From NCBI GenBank assembly GCA_964236955.1, contig CAXSGP010000019.1, forward strand, positions 1 through 55,142: a DNA stretch of 55,142 bases, read 5' to 3'. This stretch comes from an uncultured Oligoflexus sp. Lineage in GTDB: Bacteria; Bdellovibrionota_B; Oligoflexia; Oligoflexales; Oligoflexaceae. The position numbers and the translations under genes were made by a program. Below the pieces are notes generated by a model. The model saw nothing but the letters and a program-made list of their open reading frames with translations. It searched no databases and was not told the DNA's origin. Positions 37,674 through 48,555 of the stretch are shown here, in pieces (positions within the stretch are counted from its first letter, which is position 1; every line of letters starts with the position of its first letter).

Positions 37674-38486
37674 ATGACTTCGGTGGTTGGTTCGCAAAAC
37701 ATTTTGTCGAAGATTGGTCACAACGCCTTTAAACGCGTGTCGGAGGCTCAGCAGTTGCGTAGCCTCGCCGACCTCCAAAACGAATGGCGACGTTCAAAGC
37801 CACAGCCGAAGGATTTCACCCAGGCGTTTCAAAAGGAGTGGAATATCATAGCCGAGGTGAAAAAGGCCAGTCCTAGCCAGGGCGATATCGCTGCTGATAT
37901 CGATCATCTCCTCGTTGCGCAGGACTACATGACCAACGGCGCTGCGGCCCTTTCAATCCTTACCGAACCCCTTTTTTTTAAGGGAAAAATCGAATACCTT
38001 CAGGATATTCGCAAGAGCCTTGCGAAAGCTTTCCTATTGCAGAAAGATTTCGTAGTCGATGGCTATCAACTTTATGAAGCCGCTCTCATCGGTGCCGATG
38101 CCGTTCTACTGATCGTAGCGATGCTTGGGGAAAAAGCAACCCAGAGGCTCTATTCGGTTGCCACGGACCTCGGGCTTTCAGTATTGATGGAGGTTCATGA
38201 CCGGGAGGAATTGGAAGTCGCCAAACGGATCGGTGCCAAGCTCATTGGCGTCAATAACCGCAATCTCAAAGATATGACCATCTCGCTCGATACGTCTCGG
38301 GAGTTGATTGCCCATATGCCGGCCGGGGCTGTGCCGGTAGCTGAGAGTGGCTTGAAAAGTCATGCTGAGATCAAAGAACTGAAGGCGCTGGGTTATAAGG
38401 CTTTCCTGGTGGGCACCCAGCTGATGCAGAGTGGTGCGCCTGGCAAGGCTTTAAAGGAGCTTATCAGCGATGACCCTTCCCATTAA
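37674..38486 (+). CDS. trpC: indole-3-glycerol phosphate synthase
   Basis: IAEVKKASPSQG, LSILTEP, GADAVLLI, GVNNRNL, VAESG; ATG after GAGGAGGAG. Confidence 0.95.
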   Translation: MTSVVGSQNILSKIGHNAFKRVSEAQQLRSLADLQNEWRRSKPQPKDFTQAFQKEWNIIAEVKKASPSQGDIAADIDHLLVAQDYMTNGAAALSILTEPLFFKGKIEYLQDIRKSLAKAFLLQKDFVVDGYQLYEAALIGADAVLLIVAMLGEKATQRLYSVATDLGLSVLMEVHDREELEVAKRIGAKLIGVNNRNLKDMTISLDTSRELIAHMPAGAVPVAESGLKSHAEIKELKALGYKAFLVGTQLMQSGAPGKALKELISDDPSH

Positions 38487-39093
38487 AATATGCGGTATCA
38501 CGCGCCTTGAAGATGCCCGCCTCGCTTACGATCTGGGCGCTTGGTCCCTTGGTTTCATTTGTTATGACAGGAGCCCCCGTTATATCGCCCCGCTTGCCAT
38601 TCAAGCGATTATCAGGGGATTACCGAAGGATAGGCCCATGCGATTCGTCGGCGTTTTCGTCAACAGTTCTCCCGAATCCATAGTGAAGGTTGTCACAATG
38701 TCCGGCATCGATACGATACAGCTGCATGGGGACGAAGGCGTGGCTGTCGCCCAAGAACTTGGCAAATACGTTATCTGGAAAGCTTTTCGACTCCAAAAAG
38801 CCGAGCAGTTTTTGCAGGCCGATGCTTTTTCCGATCATGTTGAAGCCTTTCTCTACGATGCGGCCGTGCCCGGGCTCTATGGGGGAACAGGGCATCTTGT
38901 GGATTGGGAGCTGCTGGATAGAGCGCCTCGCCGCAAACCTCTTTTGGTTTCGGGTGGACTCAATCCTGACAACGCACTTGCCGCCTGGCAAAGATTTCAG
39001 CCGATGGCCCTTGATCTTTCGTCAGGTGTTGAATCAAGTCCGGGCATCAAGGATGCGAACAAACTCAAAAAGCTTTTTTCAGTGAAAGGGTAA
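38470..39093 (+). CDS. trpF: phosphoribosylanthranilate isomerase
   Basis: KICGIT, VGVFVN, QLHGDE, GGTG, SGGLNPDN, DLSSGVE. Confidence 0.95.
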   Translation: MTLPIKICGITRLEDARLAYDLGAWSLGFICYDRSPRYIAPLAIQAIIRGLPKDRPMRFVGVFVNSSPESIVKVVTMSGIDTIQLHGDEGVAVAQELGKYVIWKAFRLQKAEQFLQADAFSDHVEAFLYDAAVPGLYGGTGHLVDWELLDRAPRRKPLLVSGGLNPDNALAAWQRFQPMALDLSSGVESSPGIKDANKLKKLFSVKG

Positions 39094-39096
39094 CGT

Positions 39097-40272
39097 ATGG
39101 AACAGCTTCCCGATCCAAGAGGATATTTCGGTCGTTTCGGCGGGCGATTTGTGCCCGAGACTTTATACGGTCCTGTGAAAGAACTTGAGACCGCTTACTC
39201 CCACTATTCCAATGATAAAGCTTTCCAGGACGAATTGCGGGCCATACTTGCTGACTATGTGGGGCGTCCTACGCCTCTATCCTTTGCTGGCCGCTTGAGC
39301 GAACATCTCGGCGGAGCCCGTATTTTCCTGAAGCGCGAGGATCTTACGCATACCGGTGCGCATAAGATCAACAATGCGATAGGCCAGGTTTTACTGGCTA
39401 AGAAAATGGGTAAGACCAGAATTATTGCGGAAACGGGAGCTGGTCAGCATGGTGTTGCGACGGCAACTGCAGCCGCGCTTTTTGGGCTTGAATGTGTTGT
39501 CTATATGGGTAGCGTGGATATGGCCCGCCAGTCGTTGAATGTGCGGCGCATGCATTTACTAGGCGCTGAGGTTCGAGCCGTCGAAAGTGGTTCAAAGACG
39601 CTTAAGGACGCGGTTAATGAAGCAATGCGGGACTGGGTGGGCCATGTTCATAATACCTTCTATAGCCTTGGCTCCGCACTTGGGCCTCACCCTTACCCAA
39701 AAATGGTTCGGGATTTTCACCGGGTCATAGGCGAAGAAGCGCGCAAGCAGATACAGACTGCAATCGGTCGCCTGCCCGATGAACTCGTCGCCTGTGTGGG
39801 GGGGGGGAGCAATGCCATCGGCCTCTTTTATCCTTTCCTTAGTGATGCTGCGGTGGCGATGACCGGCGTGGAGGCCGGTGGTTATGGAATTTCGGGTGGG
39901 AAACACGCGGCGCGCTTTTCGGGTGGTTCACTCGGGGTATTGCATGGTGCCATGACCTACCTCCTACAGGATGGGGATGGACAGGTATCGGCAACGCATT
40001 CGATTTCGGCAGGGCTCGACTATCCTGCAGTCGGGCCCGAGCATGCGTTTCTTCACGAATCGGGCCGGGTTCAGTATACCTATGCTACCGATGATGAGGC
40101 GGAGGCTGCCTTCAGACTGTTGGCGAAGCTTGAGGGCATCATTCCTGCTTTGGAAAGCTCTCATGCCATCGCCTATGCCATGAAACGAGCGCCTCAGATG
40201 AGAAAGGATCAGGTACTACTCGTCAACCTTTCCGGCCGCGGCGACAAAGATCTGGAAGGAAAGTTTGCATGA
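39097..40272 (+). CDS. trpB: tryptophan synthase beta chain
   Basis: [48 protein letters not shown]. Confidence 0.97.
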   Translation: MEQLPDPRGYFGRFGGRFVPETLYGPVKELETAYSHYSNDKAFQDELRAILADYVGRPTPLSFAGRLSEHLGGARIFLKREDLTHTGAHKINNAIGQVLLAKKMGKTRIIAETGAGQHGVATATAAALFGLECVVYMGSVDMARQSLNVRRMHLLGAEVRAVESGSKTLKDAVNEAMRDWVGHVHNTFYSLGSALGPHPYPKMVRDFHRVIGEEARKQIQTAIGRLPDELVACVGGGSNAIGLFYPFLSDAAVAMTGVEAGGYGISGGKHAARFSGGSLGVLHGAMTYLLQDGDGQVSATHSISAGLDYPAVGPEHAFLHESGRVQYTYATDDEAEAAFRLLAKLEGIIPALESSHAIAYAMKRAPQMRKDQVLLVNLSGRGDKDLEGKFA

Positions 40273-41072
40273 GTCGATTGACGAAGGTAATTGCCGCTAG
40301 AAAGTCTAAGGGACAAAAGTGTTTTGTCGCTTATCTTACCGCAGGGGATCCTGATCTTAAGGCGACTCCGGAGCTGGTGAGGGCGTTGGTCAAGGGGGGC
40401 GCGGATATTATAGAGCTGGGCATTCCCTTTTCCGACCCGTTGGCCGATGGACCCGTGAATCAACGGGCTTCAGAGCGGGCCTTGGCGAAGGGGGTGAGTC
40501 TTGGCAGGATTCTGGAGGGGGTGCAGGACATCAGAAAACTGTGTCCCGACACGCCCCTGGTAGTCTTTAGTTATATGAATCCAATTTTTGCGATGGGTTT
40601 TGAAAACTTTGCGGCAAGGGCAGTAGAGGCTGGCCTTGATGGTGTCCTCGTTGTCGATCTTCCTCCGGAAGAAAGTCATGACTATCGCCAGATCTTGCAA
40701 GGCAAAGGGCTCGATACTATTTTTCTGGCCTCGCCGACGAGTAATGTGGAACGCTTGGCCCTTGTCGACCAATGTTCAACGGGGTTTGTCTATTACGTCT
40801 CGCGAACGGGCGTTACCGGGGCTCGACCTAGCCTTTCGCCCAGTTTGCAGGCCGAGCTTGAAGTACTGAGAAAGTCAGTGAAAAAGCCGGTTATGGTCGG
40901 CTTCGGAGTGTCGAATGCCGCCCAGGCGTCGGAGATTTCCGCTGCTGCCGATGGCGTGATAATCGGCAGTGCGATCGTAAAGCTGATTGAGGATGCGCAA
41001 TCGGTGCCGGAGGCTAGCCAGGTCCTGGAGGAGTTTGCCAGGACTATTCGCTCGGGTCTTGATAGGGAGTAA
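40269..41072 (+). CDS. trpA: tryptophan synthase alpha chain
   Basis: [44 protein letters not shown]. Confidence 0.96.
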   Translation: MSRLTKVIAARKSKGQKCFVAYLTAGDPDLKATPELVRALVKGGADIIELGIPFSDPLADGPVNQRASERALAKGVSLGRILEGVQDIRKLCPDTPLVVFSYMNPIFAMGFENFAARAVEAGLDGVLVVDLPPEESHDYRQILQGKGLDTIFLASPTSNVERLALVDQCSTGFVYYVSRTGVTGARPSLSPSLQAELEVLRKSVKKPVMVGFGVSNAAQASEISAAADGVIIGSAIVKLIEDAQSVPEASQVLEEFARTIRSGLDRE

Positions 41073-41108
41073 AGAAAAATCCCACTCAACCTGGGGTTCA
41101 GTGGGATC
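41073..41108 (-). terminator. terminator between the convergent trpA and heme-lipoprotein genes
   Basis: ATCCCACT..AGTGGGAT hairpin; T-tract on the minus strand. Confidence 0.7.
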
Positions 41109-41128
41109 ATCAATCATGGTATGAAGAA

Positions 41129-43033
41129 TTATTTCTGCAGCAGAAGGATAGCATTGGTGGCTACGACGTTTCTTATCCCGATTTTATAGCCGTCTCGATC
41201 GCTGTCGCCACCGGTGCTGTCTAAAAGATCAAAATAGAGCCAACCGTCCGAACGAAAGTGCGGGAACTGAGCATACAAACCTTTTGGCAAGTTCGTCAAC
41301 CGAACGGGCTTGCCGTCGCCGAGGAGGTCGATGACATAAAGGTTCGCCGCGGATTGGTCATTTTTCACGACATCCGTATGCTTTTCATAAGCATAATAAA
41401 CGAGAAAACGTTCATCGAAGGAAAACTGTGGTTTCTCCCCTGATCCCACGCAGAGTCTGGCGGATATCGATTCATTGGGATCATTGGGATCGGACGGCAG
41501 CGCTCCGACTTTTTCGAGCGAGTCGGTCCTATAGATCGAATACCCGCCGTGATAGGCCTTTTTTGCGGCATTGGCTGCTGAAACAGTGCCAATAGCCAGC
41601 TGCTGACTTGGCGAAAGCATCCAGTTGCCGATATAGGGCGTGGCGATATGCTTTGACTTTGCAGTTTTGATAAACCCGCCTTCGGTTTGAACAATACGGC
41701 TGATGTCGGCCGCAGAGTCTTCGGTAAAGAATGGGGGGCTATCCTGAACCAGGCTGGAGCCGTCATCTGATTTAAAACTACCTGCGATCGTCATGATATC
41801 GCCGCTACCGTTGGTGCCAAGAGTCTTGCCGAGGCCTTGATAGAGACCGATATCAAAATCGGTTGAAGTACAGTTTGAATCCTTAAAATCAATTATTTTT
41901 AAATTTTTGTCTGCTAACATATTCTGATTGCAAAAGCGTGATCCATTTTTTTCACCTTGGATTATGAAGGCACGGTTGTCAGGAGTGAAGGCAGGATCGT
42001 AATCGGCATCAATCTCTATTCTTCGGGCTGGTTTGTTTTCCAGTAAAGGCTTGAGATCGATGATCATGCTCATCGGGTCCGAGCCATAAGAAATATATTG
42101 GCCATCCGCAGAACTTCGAGTCCAGAAATTGGATTTTTCTTTGGCAGGGAGAGTGTAGAGTTGACGAACTTCGCCGGCGACGCTAAGGATCCTATCGACC
42201 TTGGGGAAAACATCACGGCCGTTGATTTTGTCCTGAAAACAAACCCCAGCCCCCGAGCAGGCAAACATTTTTATTCTATTGATCTTATTCTGGAAATTCC
42301 AGCCCTCGCCCTCTAGACTCATACGCTTGACATGCTCTTTGATTCCGCTGCCGATAAAGGTCTCATCAGCGCTGGAACAAACTTGGGGGGCGTTGTGAAC
42401 CAAAAAATTTTCTTTATTGGGAGTGCCTTTAATGAACCAAGTCAGAGCTGTCAAGAAGTCAGCCTCGGTCAAAGTGGACAGGCCTTTAGGCATAGAAAGG
42501 TTTTTGACCCAAGTTTCTTTATAAAGCGATGCGAAGCGATTGCTGTTGCCCGTGAAGAGCGCTTTAAAGGCATCAAAGTTAGTGCCCGCTGCAAGAAAGC
42601 CAAGATTTGAGGGGCTCAGTCCTCTTAAAGCGTTGCCAATGGCACTGACATCATGCTTAGCGACGGCAAAAGCCTCTTCCTGGGTAAGCCCGGAATTGAG
42701 TTTCGCCAGGCAGGCGAGAGAATCGATTTTATCCAAATCATTCATGTTCTCTTTTTTAACGCACTGGTAGGCGTACCAAGTGGAGAAAGACAGGTTTTCG
42801 AAACCGTTGATGGATTTAAAATTGCCGTGGCACTTGGTGCAGTTGCCGCCGGTAGCAGCGGGATTTTGCACCAATCCAAGGATTTGAGCCGCTCTCAGAG
42901 GATTTACGGTGGCGCCTTCGACAGAGTGAAAGGACGACTCCGCCATGGTCATCGAGGTGTTTTGATCCCGGCAGCCCAAAGCCGTAAGGCCGAACACCAG
43001 GATCATCAAGATCTTTTTAAAACTCAATTTCAT
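41129..43033 (-). CDS. lipoprotein with a c-type cytochrome domain and a TolB-like beta-propeller
   Basis: ATG 43033 after AAGGA; lipobox TALGC; CTKCH; SMPKG..LTWFIKG; SADGQYISY, PAFTPDN, PQFSFDERFLVY, PHFRSDGWLYF. Confidence 0.75.
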   Translation of the reverse strand: MKLSFKKILMILVFGLTALGCRDQNTSMTMAESSFHSVEGATVNPLRAAQILGLVQNPAATGGNCTKCHGNFKSINGFENLSFSTWYAYQCVKKENMNDLDKIDSLACLAKLNSGLTQEEAFAVAKHDVSAIGNALRGLSPSNLGFLAAGTNFDAFKALFTGNSNRFASLYKETWVKNLSMPKGLSTLTEADFLTALTWFIKGTPNKENFLVHNAPQVCSSADETFIGSGIKEHVKRMSLEGEGWNFQNKINRIKMFACSGAGVCFQDKINGRDVFPKVDRILSVAGEVRQLYTLPAKEKSNFWTRSSADGQYISYGSDPMSMIIDLKPLLENKPARRIEIDADYDPAFTPDNRAFIIQGEKNGSRFCNQNMLADKNLKIIDFKDSNCTSTDFDIGLYQGLGKTLGTNGSGDIMTIAGSFKSDDGSSLVQDSPPFFTEDSAADISRIVQTEGGFIKTAKSKHIATPYIGNWMLSPSQQLAIGTVSAANAAKKAYHGGYSIYRTDSLEKVGALPSDPNDPNESISARLCVGSGEKPQFSFDERFLVYYAYEKHTDVVKNDQSAANLYVIDLLGDGKPVRLTNLPKGLYAQFPHFRSDGWLYFDLLDSTGGDSDRDGYKIGIRNVVATNAILLLQK

Positions 43034-43552
43034 ACATGTTCCTTTATACTTGAAGTCTTGATCTGTTTTAAGCGCCAAAGGCCGGAAATCTCGACTCGTC
43101 ACCGATGATTTCCGTTTGCTGCCCATAGGTGCCGGCAAATTGATGGCAGCCCATACCATTCGTCCTATGATTGTGCCGGCCTTTTTCAATAGAGCGATTG
43201 CTAATCCTCTGAACTCCCAAAGCATCGGTATCGAACTCGCCCTTCGACGCCGGGGCGCAAGCGCTTTGGATCGACAGGAACGGGCCCAGCTGTAAGGGGG
43301 AAATTGTTCATTAAGCGCCTACCCTGTCACCCCTGACCGTGGGGATGCTAGGCTATAGGCATATTCGAGACTAGGTTCAAGCTTAGAAATACTTAAGGAT
43401 CGAAAGATTTTTAAGGAGAGAGCGCATCAGAGGGAAAATTTGAACTTGTTTGCGGATATAGAGCTAAAGGGCCGTCCATTCTTCGAAAATTTAATCACCA
43501 TTTCCCACAAAATATTACACGGTGAGCTTTCCATGAAATCACTCAGAACAAG

Positions 43553-43586
43553 AAAAGCGAAGGGGCACCCAATTTTTGGGTACCCC
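43553..43586 (-). terminator. terminator of degP
   Basis: GGGGTACCCA-loop-TGGGTGCCCC hairpin followed by TTCGCTTTT on the minus strand. Confidence 0.65.
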
Positions 43587-43596
43587 AAGAGGGTAT

Positions 43597-45087
43597 TTAT
43601 TTCCTTAGAGAAGCAAATAGGAAGGTGCCGCGACGTTCAAGTTGAAGGAGAACTTTTTTCGATTGAGTATAGATTCCCGAGAAGTCTTTGACCGATTTTA
43701 GTTCAACATTGTTGGCTTTAAGTAAAACATCGCCAGGCCTGATACCCGACGCTCGGGCTTTCGAGTTGGGGTCAACTTCCGTGACCAGCAGTCCATGCGA
43801 ACTTTCTATTCCGTATTGTTGAATAAAATTGCCATGGCGTTGGCGGCTCAGCGACTCGAGCTTCAAACCAGATTCGGTGAATGCCCCTTTACCCGCAGGA
43901 GCATTCTGCCCATCTTCATCCTCGCCTCCGTTCGGATCATTTTGCGCGATGTAGGTTCCAAGGCTGATATCCGCGGATTTTTTCGTGCCGGCCCGATAAT
44001 AACCCACGTTTACTTTGGCGCCAGGCTGCAAAAGCCCTACATTATTGGAAAGTTCCTGTCCTGAATGGACAGAGCGACCATTTACTTCGACGATCACATC
44101 GCCGGATTCAATGCCGGCTTTGGCGGCTGGAGTATTTTTCTCAACGTTTCCAACCAAAGCACCCTTGGTGCCTTTTGGTAGGTTCATCGCTGTTGCCAAA
44201 TCATCGTCAAGATCCTGTGCCAATTTCACGCCGAGATAGCCCCGTGCGACTTTACCTTTGTTGATCAGCTGCAGGGCAACGTCACGAACTAGAGTCGAGG
44301 GGACGGCAAATCCGATACCCGCCGAAGACCCTGATTTACTGAAAATCGCCGAGTTCATGCCGATCACCGTGCCTTTCATATCCAGCAAAGGCCCACCGCT
44401 ATTCCCTGGATTGATCGCGGCATCGGTCTGAATAAAGTTCCCAAGCGTCGTAATGCCAAGACTTCCCCGGCTCGTCGCGGAAACAGTTCCAAAAGACTGG
44501 CTGAATTCAAGCCCAAAGGGAGCACCGAGTGCAATTACGAATTCTCCCACCTGCACCGAATCGGAATTGCCAAAGGTCAATTGGGAGAGGCCCTTTCTGG
44601 CAAATTTTGTGTCTTTGATTTGAACGACGGCAACATCGGTGTTGGGATCTTTGCCGAGGACTTTGGCCTCATAGGTTTCGCCATTGGAGAGCTTGAGATC
44701 GATCTCGTCGGCATCCTCGACCACGTGATTATTGGTAACGATATAGCCCTTTTCCAGGTCGATGATAAAGCCAGAACCTACCCCTGATTGTTGTTTCTGC
44801 CCTGGTTGGCCAGGGTCGGGCTGACGCAAGCGAGGGCCAAAAAAGAAATCAAACGGATCGGTTTCGTAGTAAGGCCGGCCTTTGGTTATCTTTGATATAG
44901 ATATGAGCGCAACGCCTTTGCTGGCATCCTGAGACAATTCGGCAACTCCCGAGGAGATCTTTTGCAGGAACTGTACATTCTCAGAAGGCTTACGATTGAC
45001 ATCGGTAGGCGGCAAATCATAAGCGCGGACCGTTGACGAAAGCAGGGCTGCTGATAGAAGGAAAGTGCTGGATATCCTCGGCATCAT
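43597..45087 (-). CDS. degP: HtrA/DegP serine endoprotease with two PDZ domains
   Basis: Signal peptide; GSGFII, TNNHV, DVAVV, QTDAAINPGNSGGPL; two PDZ regions. Confidence 0.93.
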   Translation of the reverse strand: MMPRISSTFLLSAALLSSTVRAYDLPPTDVNRKPSENVQFLQKISSGVAELSQDASKGVALISISKITKGRPYYETDPFDFFFGPRLRQPDPGQPGQKQQSGVGSGFIIDLEKGYIVTNNHVVEDADEIDLKLSNGETYEAKVLGKDPNTDVAVVQIKDTKFARKGLSQLTFGNSDSVQVGEFVIALGAPFGLEFSQSFGTVSATSRGSLGITTLGNFIQTDAAINPGNSGGPLLDMKGTVIGMNSAIFSKSGSSAGIGFAVPSTLVRDVALQLINKGKVARGYLGVKLAQDLDDDLATAMNLPKGTKGALVGNVEKNTPAAKAGIESGDVIVEVNGRSVHSGQELSNNVGLLQPGAKVNVGYYRAGTKKSADISLGTYIAQNDPNGGEDEDGQNAPAGKGAFTESGLKLESLSRQRHGNFIQQYGIESSHGLLVTEVDPNSKARASGIRPGDVLLKANNVELKSVKDFSGIYTQSKKVLLQLERRGTFLFASLRK

Positions 45088-45206
45088 AGAGTCTCGTTTC
45101 CTCTTAAAAAAATTAGGACCTGACCATACAACGTTATTCTGCAGTTTTGATGATGAAATGAGAATAAGATATCGGGTGGGAATCTATTGTTTCCTAAAAA
45201 TTTATT

Positions 45207-46487
45207 GTGACGGAGCTTCCCTTGTCTGACTCCCGGCTGTCTCTCCTTGAAAGTGGCTTTGGACTGGGCGGCTGGATCGCGCGGGCGATTGCGGTTGATG
45301 CTCCGCCGCCGTTTGTCCCCAAGGCCGATCGGGATCGGTTCTGGATGACTCAGGCTTTGCTTGAGGCCATGGAGGGGATAGGACGAACGAGCCCCAATCC
45401 ATCAGTGGGCGCGGTCATAGTTCGGGGTGATGAGGAACTTGGCCGGGGTTTTACCCAGCCCTATGGGTCCTATCATGCGGAAAGATCTGCCATAATTGCA
45501 GCCGGGACGAAGGATCTGCGGCAGGCCGATTGTTACGTCACCCTTGAACCCTGTGGCGGGACTGGGGGCAAACAGCCGCCCTGTGCCGATGCCCTGATAA
45601 AGAGCGGCATAGGTCGAGTCATCATCGCTGCGGAGGATCCCCATCGAAAAGCGGCTGGGCTTGGTCTCACTAAACTCAAGGCGGCAGGGATCCCCATATC
45701 CCATGTGCTGAGTGGCGAGGCCAAGGCCTGGCATTTTCCTTTTCTTGCCCACATGCAAAAGCAAGAGCCCATCCTCATCGGCAAATGGGCTCAGACCCTC
45801 GACGGCCATCTTGCAGATGATCACGATCAGTCGCAGTGGATATCAGGACCAAAGTCGCGGGCCTACACGCATTGGCTGCGGCAGAAATATGATGCGATCA
45901 TGGTTGGTATCAACACCTTGATTCACGATAAACCAAGACTGACAGCTCGTGATTCCGCTCCGCCCCTGGCCCGTAGTCCGCATAAGATAATCTTTGATCC
46001 TTCGGCCCGTTTGAGTGCAGCGGGTGCTGATGTTTATCAGTCTCTTTTTGAAGGCACTTCCCCAATTGGCCCTATTGTTTATTGGTGCACCGATGCCCAA
46101 ACCCCAGGAATACCTCAGACCCTTAATCCCTATTCGGATCGACTTATCCATGTACCCCATGTCGATCGCGTCGAATTGTCCAGCCTATTTTTGCATCTTG
46201 CGGCCCGGCACCAAGAACGGTTCGGCTTCGACTTGCAATCGATACTGGTTGAAGGGGGTGCGCAGCTCCTTACCCTTCTGATGCGAGCCGACCTCCTCGA
46301 TGCCTGTCATGTATTTGTGCGGGCGGGAATTTTAGGTGGTCAGAAAAATCGGATCGGGCGCCTTGATAGAGGAGACAATCCTGTCAGGGCGTTGATGGAA
46401 AGAAGCGATTATAGACTCTTGACCAGTCAAACTCTAGAGGATGATGTTCTTATTGAATGTGTTCATGGACGCTATGACTTTTGGTAG
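45207..46487 (+). CDS. ribD: bifunctional riboflavin deaminase/reductase
   Basis: PNPSVGAV, HAE, TLEPC..PPC, KWAQTLDG, WISG, VEGG; start uncertain. Confidence 0.9.
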   Translation: MTELPLSDSRLSLLESGFGLGGWIARAIAVDAPPPFVPKADRDRFWMTQALLEAMEGIGRTSPNPSVGAVIVRGDEELGRGFTQPYGSYHAERSAIIAAGTKDLRQADCYVTLEPCGGTGGKQPPCADALIKSGIGRVIIAAEDPHRKAAGLGLTKLKAAGIPISHVLSGEAKAWHFPFLAHMQKQEPILIGKWAQTLDGHLADDHDQSQWISGPKSRAYTHWLRQKYDAIMVGINTLIHDKPRLTARDSAPPLARSPHKIIFDPSARLSAAGADVYQSLFEGTSPIGPIVYWCTDAQTPGIPQTLNPYSDRLIHVPHVDRVELSSLFLHLAARHQERFGFDLQSILVEGGAQLLTLLMRADLLDACHVFVRAGILGGQKNRIGRLDRGDNPVRALMERSDYRLLTSQTLEDDVLIECVHGRYDFW

Positions 46488-46644
46488 GCACGGGTCTGTT
46501 TTTCCATCCAGACGCCAATCGAAACGGCTCCTTCCCTATGGGGATTGAGCGGACTCGGACGTTTTCCGTTCTCAAACCGGCTCTAGCTATTGACCCCATC
46601 ACCTCTTCCGATTATTTAGCTCTATCATCTTTGGGGGAGGCTTC

Positions 46645-47490
46645 ATGGCCGTTAATATTTTTCAAATGCAGGACTTTCGATCCTTCCTAAGGGCAACCCT
46701 TCAGGACCGTTGCCGGCGAAACCCGCGCTACTCTCTACGGGCTTTTGGACGCGATCTCGGGACAGCACCGAGCCTGATCTCGCTTCTTATCAATCGCAAG
46801 CGCAGCCTCTCACTGGAAAAAGCCCGTGCCATTTCCCTTTGTCTTGATCTCAAGGAGCACGAGCGTGAGTACTTTATCGCGCTGGTCGATAAAGAGCGAG
46901 GTGGACACAATGATGAAGTCTTTGCATTGCGGCAAAAGTATGCTTTTGAATGTTTGAAGGCTGACGAAAGTCTGCCCGAGGAACTTGATTTGGAGGACTT
47001 TGCTCTTATCCTTACAATCGGACTTTTGGGCGGCATCAAAGAGGATGAAGATTCGGCGGCGATACTGGGACTGGAACGAGAGGTTTTATCCTCCCTTTGC
47101 GCGCGATTGCATGACCTGGGCTGGCTGCAGGGTTCGACCCTTTCGGGTTGGTCTACATTGAGGGGTTTCGTAAGGTCAGAATCTTATGACCAGGCCGAGA
47201 GCAATCGCATCTTTCATAAAAAAATCCTTGAACTCGGTCTTAAACAACTCGAGCGGATGGCGATGCACGAGCGCGACTTCCATTCCTTTGTTTTTAGCCT
47301 CAAGGCAGAAGATCATCAGGTGTTTATGAGCGATCTCAGAGCTTTTTGCAAGGCTAAGGTTGATGCGTATGCCACTCGTGAAAGCCACGATAGAATCTAC
47401 ACCTTGGGATTGCAGCTTCTGCCTGTGGCGCAGCTGGAGAGAAATCGAAAGTCCACCGATACTAAGAATATCCTTCGGGCATCAAAATAG
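46645..47490 (+). CDS. TIGR02147/DUF4423-type HTH protein
   Basis: DFRSFL..RNPRYSLRAFGRDLG..SLLINRKRSLS, FHKKIL, ERDFHS, IYTLGLQLLPV. Confidence 0.8.
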   Translation: MAVNIFQMQDFRSFLRATLQDRCRRNPRYSLRAFGRDLGTAPSLISLLINRKRSLSLEKARAISLCLDLKEHEREYFIALVDKERGGHNDEVFALRQKYAFECLKADESLPEELDLEDFALILTIGLLGGIKEDEDSAAILGLEREVLSSLCARLHDLGWLQGSTLSGWSTLRGFVRSESYDQAESNRIFHKKILELGLKQLERMAMHERDFHSFVFSLKAEDHQVFMSDLRAFCKAKVDAYATRESHDRIYTLGLQLLPVAQLERNRKSTDTKNILRASK

Positions 47491-47535
47491 CCCGAGAACC
47501 AGCCCGGTCAGCAAAACCCCGCTCAACCAATCTTT

Positions 47536-48555
47536 TCATTTCGTGACTTCCATCGAGCTACCGCCTATATCGATAGAATCCCCGATCATGATCCGACAGC
47601 GGAGCTTTTCATCGTCTTCCCCAAAGGGGAAATTTCTTTTACAAAAATAGCTATGAAAAGCGCTCTGTTTAGCGTTCCCCTGTATAGGGGTTTTCAGTTG
47701 AACGGATTCTATAAGTCGATTTCCAAGTTGCCATTCCTGTCTGACATTAAGGCGAAAGCCCGGCGGTGCAACAATCGGCGCCACACAGCAAAGGGAAGCG
47801 CCATCGGCGATGATGGCCTTAACCGATTGTCTGGACATGCTTTTTGCCAGGCTCTCAGCATAAGCCGGCTTGGTGTCGCCAGAAAAAGCAAAATGAGGAT
47901 TTTTCGCCCAAACTGAGAGCAGGGGAAAACGATGGGCGGGGTCAAGGAGAAGCAAGGGTATCAACGACAGGATCCAAAGACAGAGGAGCATAAGGACGTA
48001 TGATTTTTCCTTGCGGGTTGGGATAAATGCCAGAGCGCTGGCCAAGGCAAGAGCGGGGTAAAACCATTCTAATCGATCTGAGAAGATAAAGGGAAAGAGA
48101 AAACTGCTGGCCGAAACAAGGGCCCAGGCAAGCAGGGCATGGCGATAGGCGGCCGAATGAATCAGTCTTCTATAATACGGGTCCCAGAGGACGGTCCCCA
48201 TCCATATGAGGTTGATCCCAAAATAGATCCATTCTTCCTTCGCGACATAGAAGGGAAAACAAAAAATCAAAATGTATTGGGTCATGTTTTGGGTGGCGGA
48301 AAGATTCACCCGGCGGGCCCAGGTGCTATAGCGGTTCCATTTGGAATCATCGGCCATCCGTTCGAGAAGGCGGCCCAGAAGGGCCAGGATCATAAAAGAT
48401 GGTCCGACCAGGAGCAAAAAAACACTAAGCCTGGTGATATGGGAAAAATCTCTTTGGAGCGAAAACACTGAAAAGACGCCATAGGCAAAAAAGAAGAAAG
48501 GCAAGTATTTGCGCAGTTTCGTCTGCCTTCCCCATGACAATGTCATTTCCTTCAC
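47536..48555 (-). CDS. membrane protein with DUF2914-like C-terminal domain
   Basis: Multiple TM helices, IFCFPFY, LWDPYY, IVAPPGF..QEW; GTGA overlap with aroC. Confidence 0.6.
   Translation of the reverse strand: MKEMTLSWGRQTKLRKYLPFFFFAYGVFSVFSLQRDFSHITRLSVFLLLVGPSFMILALLGRLLERMADDSKWNRYSTWARRVNLSATQNMTQYILIFCFPFYVAKEEWIYFGINLIWMGTVLWDPYYRRLIHSAAYRHALLAWALVSASSFLFPFIFSDRLEWFYPALALASALAFIPTRKEKSYVLMLLCLWILSLIPLLLLDPAHRFPLLSVWAKNPHFAFSGDTKPAYAESLAKSMSRQSVKAIIADGASLCCVAPIVAPPGFRLNVRQEWQLGNRLIESVQLKTPIQGNAKQSAFHSYFCKRNFPFGEDDEKLRCRIMIGDSIDIGGSSMEVTK

Noticed and set aside
43034..43225. N-terminal 64-aa extension of the heme lipoprotein in the ORF track
   Set aside because: RBS and signal peptide fit ATG 43033; similar over-extended starts were trimmed for aroQ, the ParA-like gene, menA, menC, menE, trpE, trpC and kdsB
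45088..45206. FMN riboswitch upstream of ribD
   Set aside because: Short AT-rich divergent promoter region with no RFN consensus
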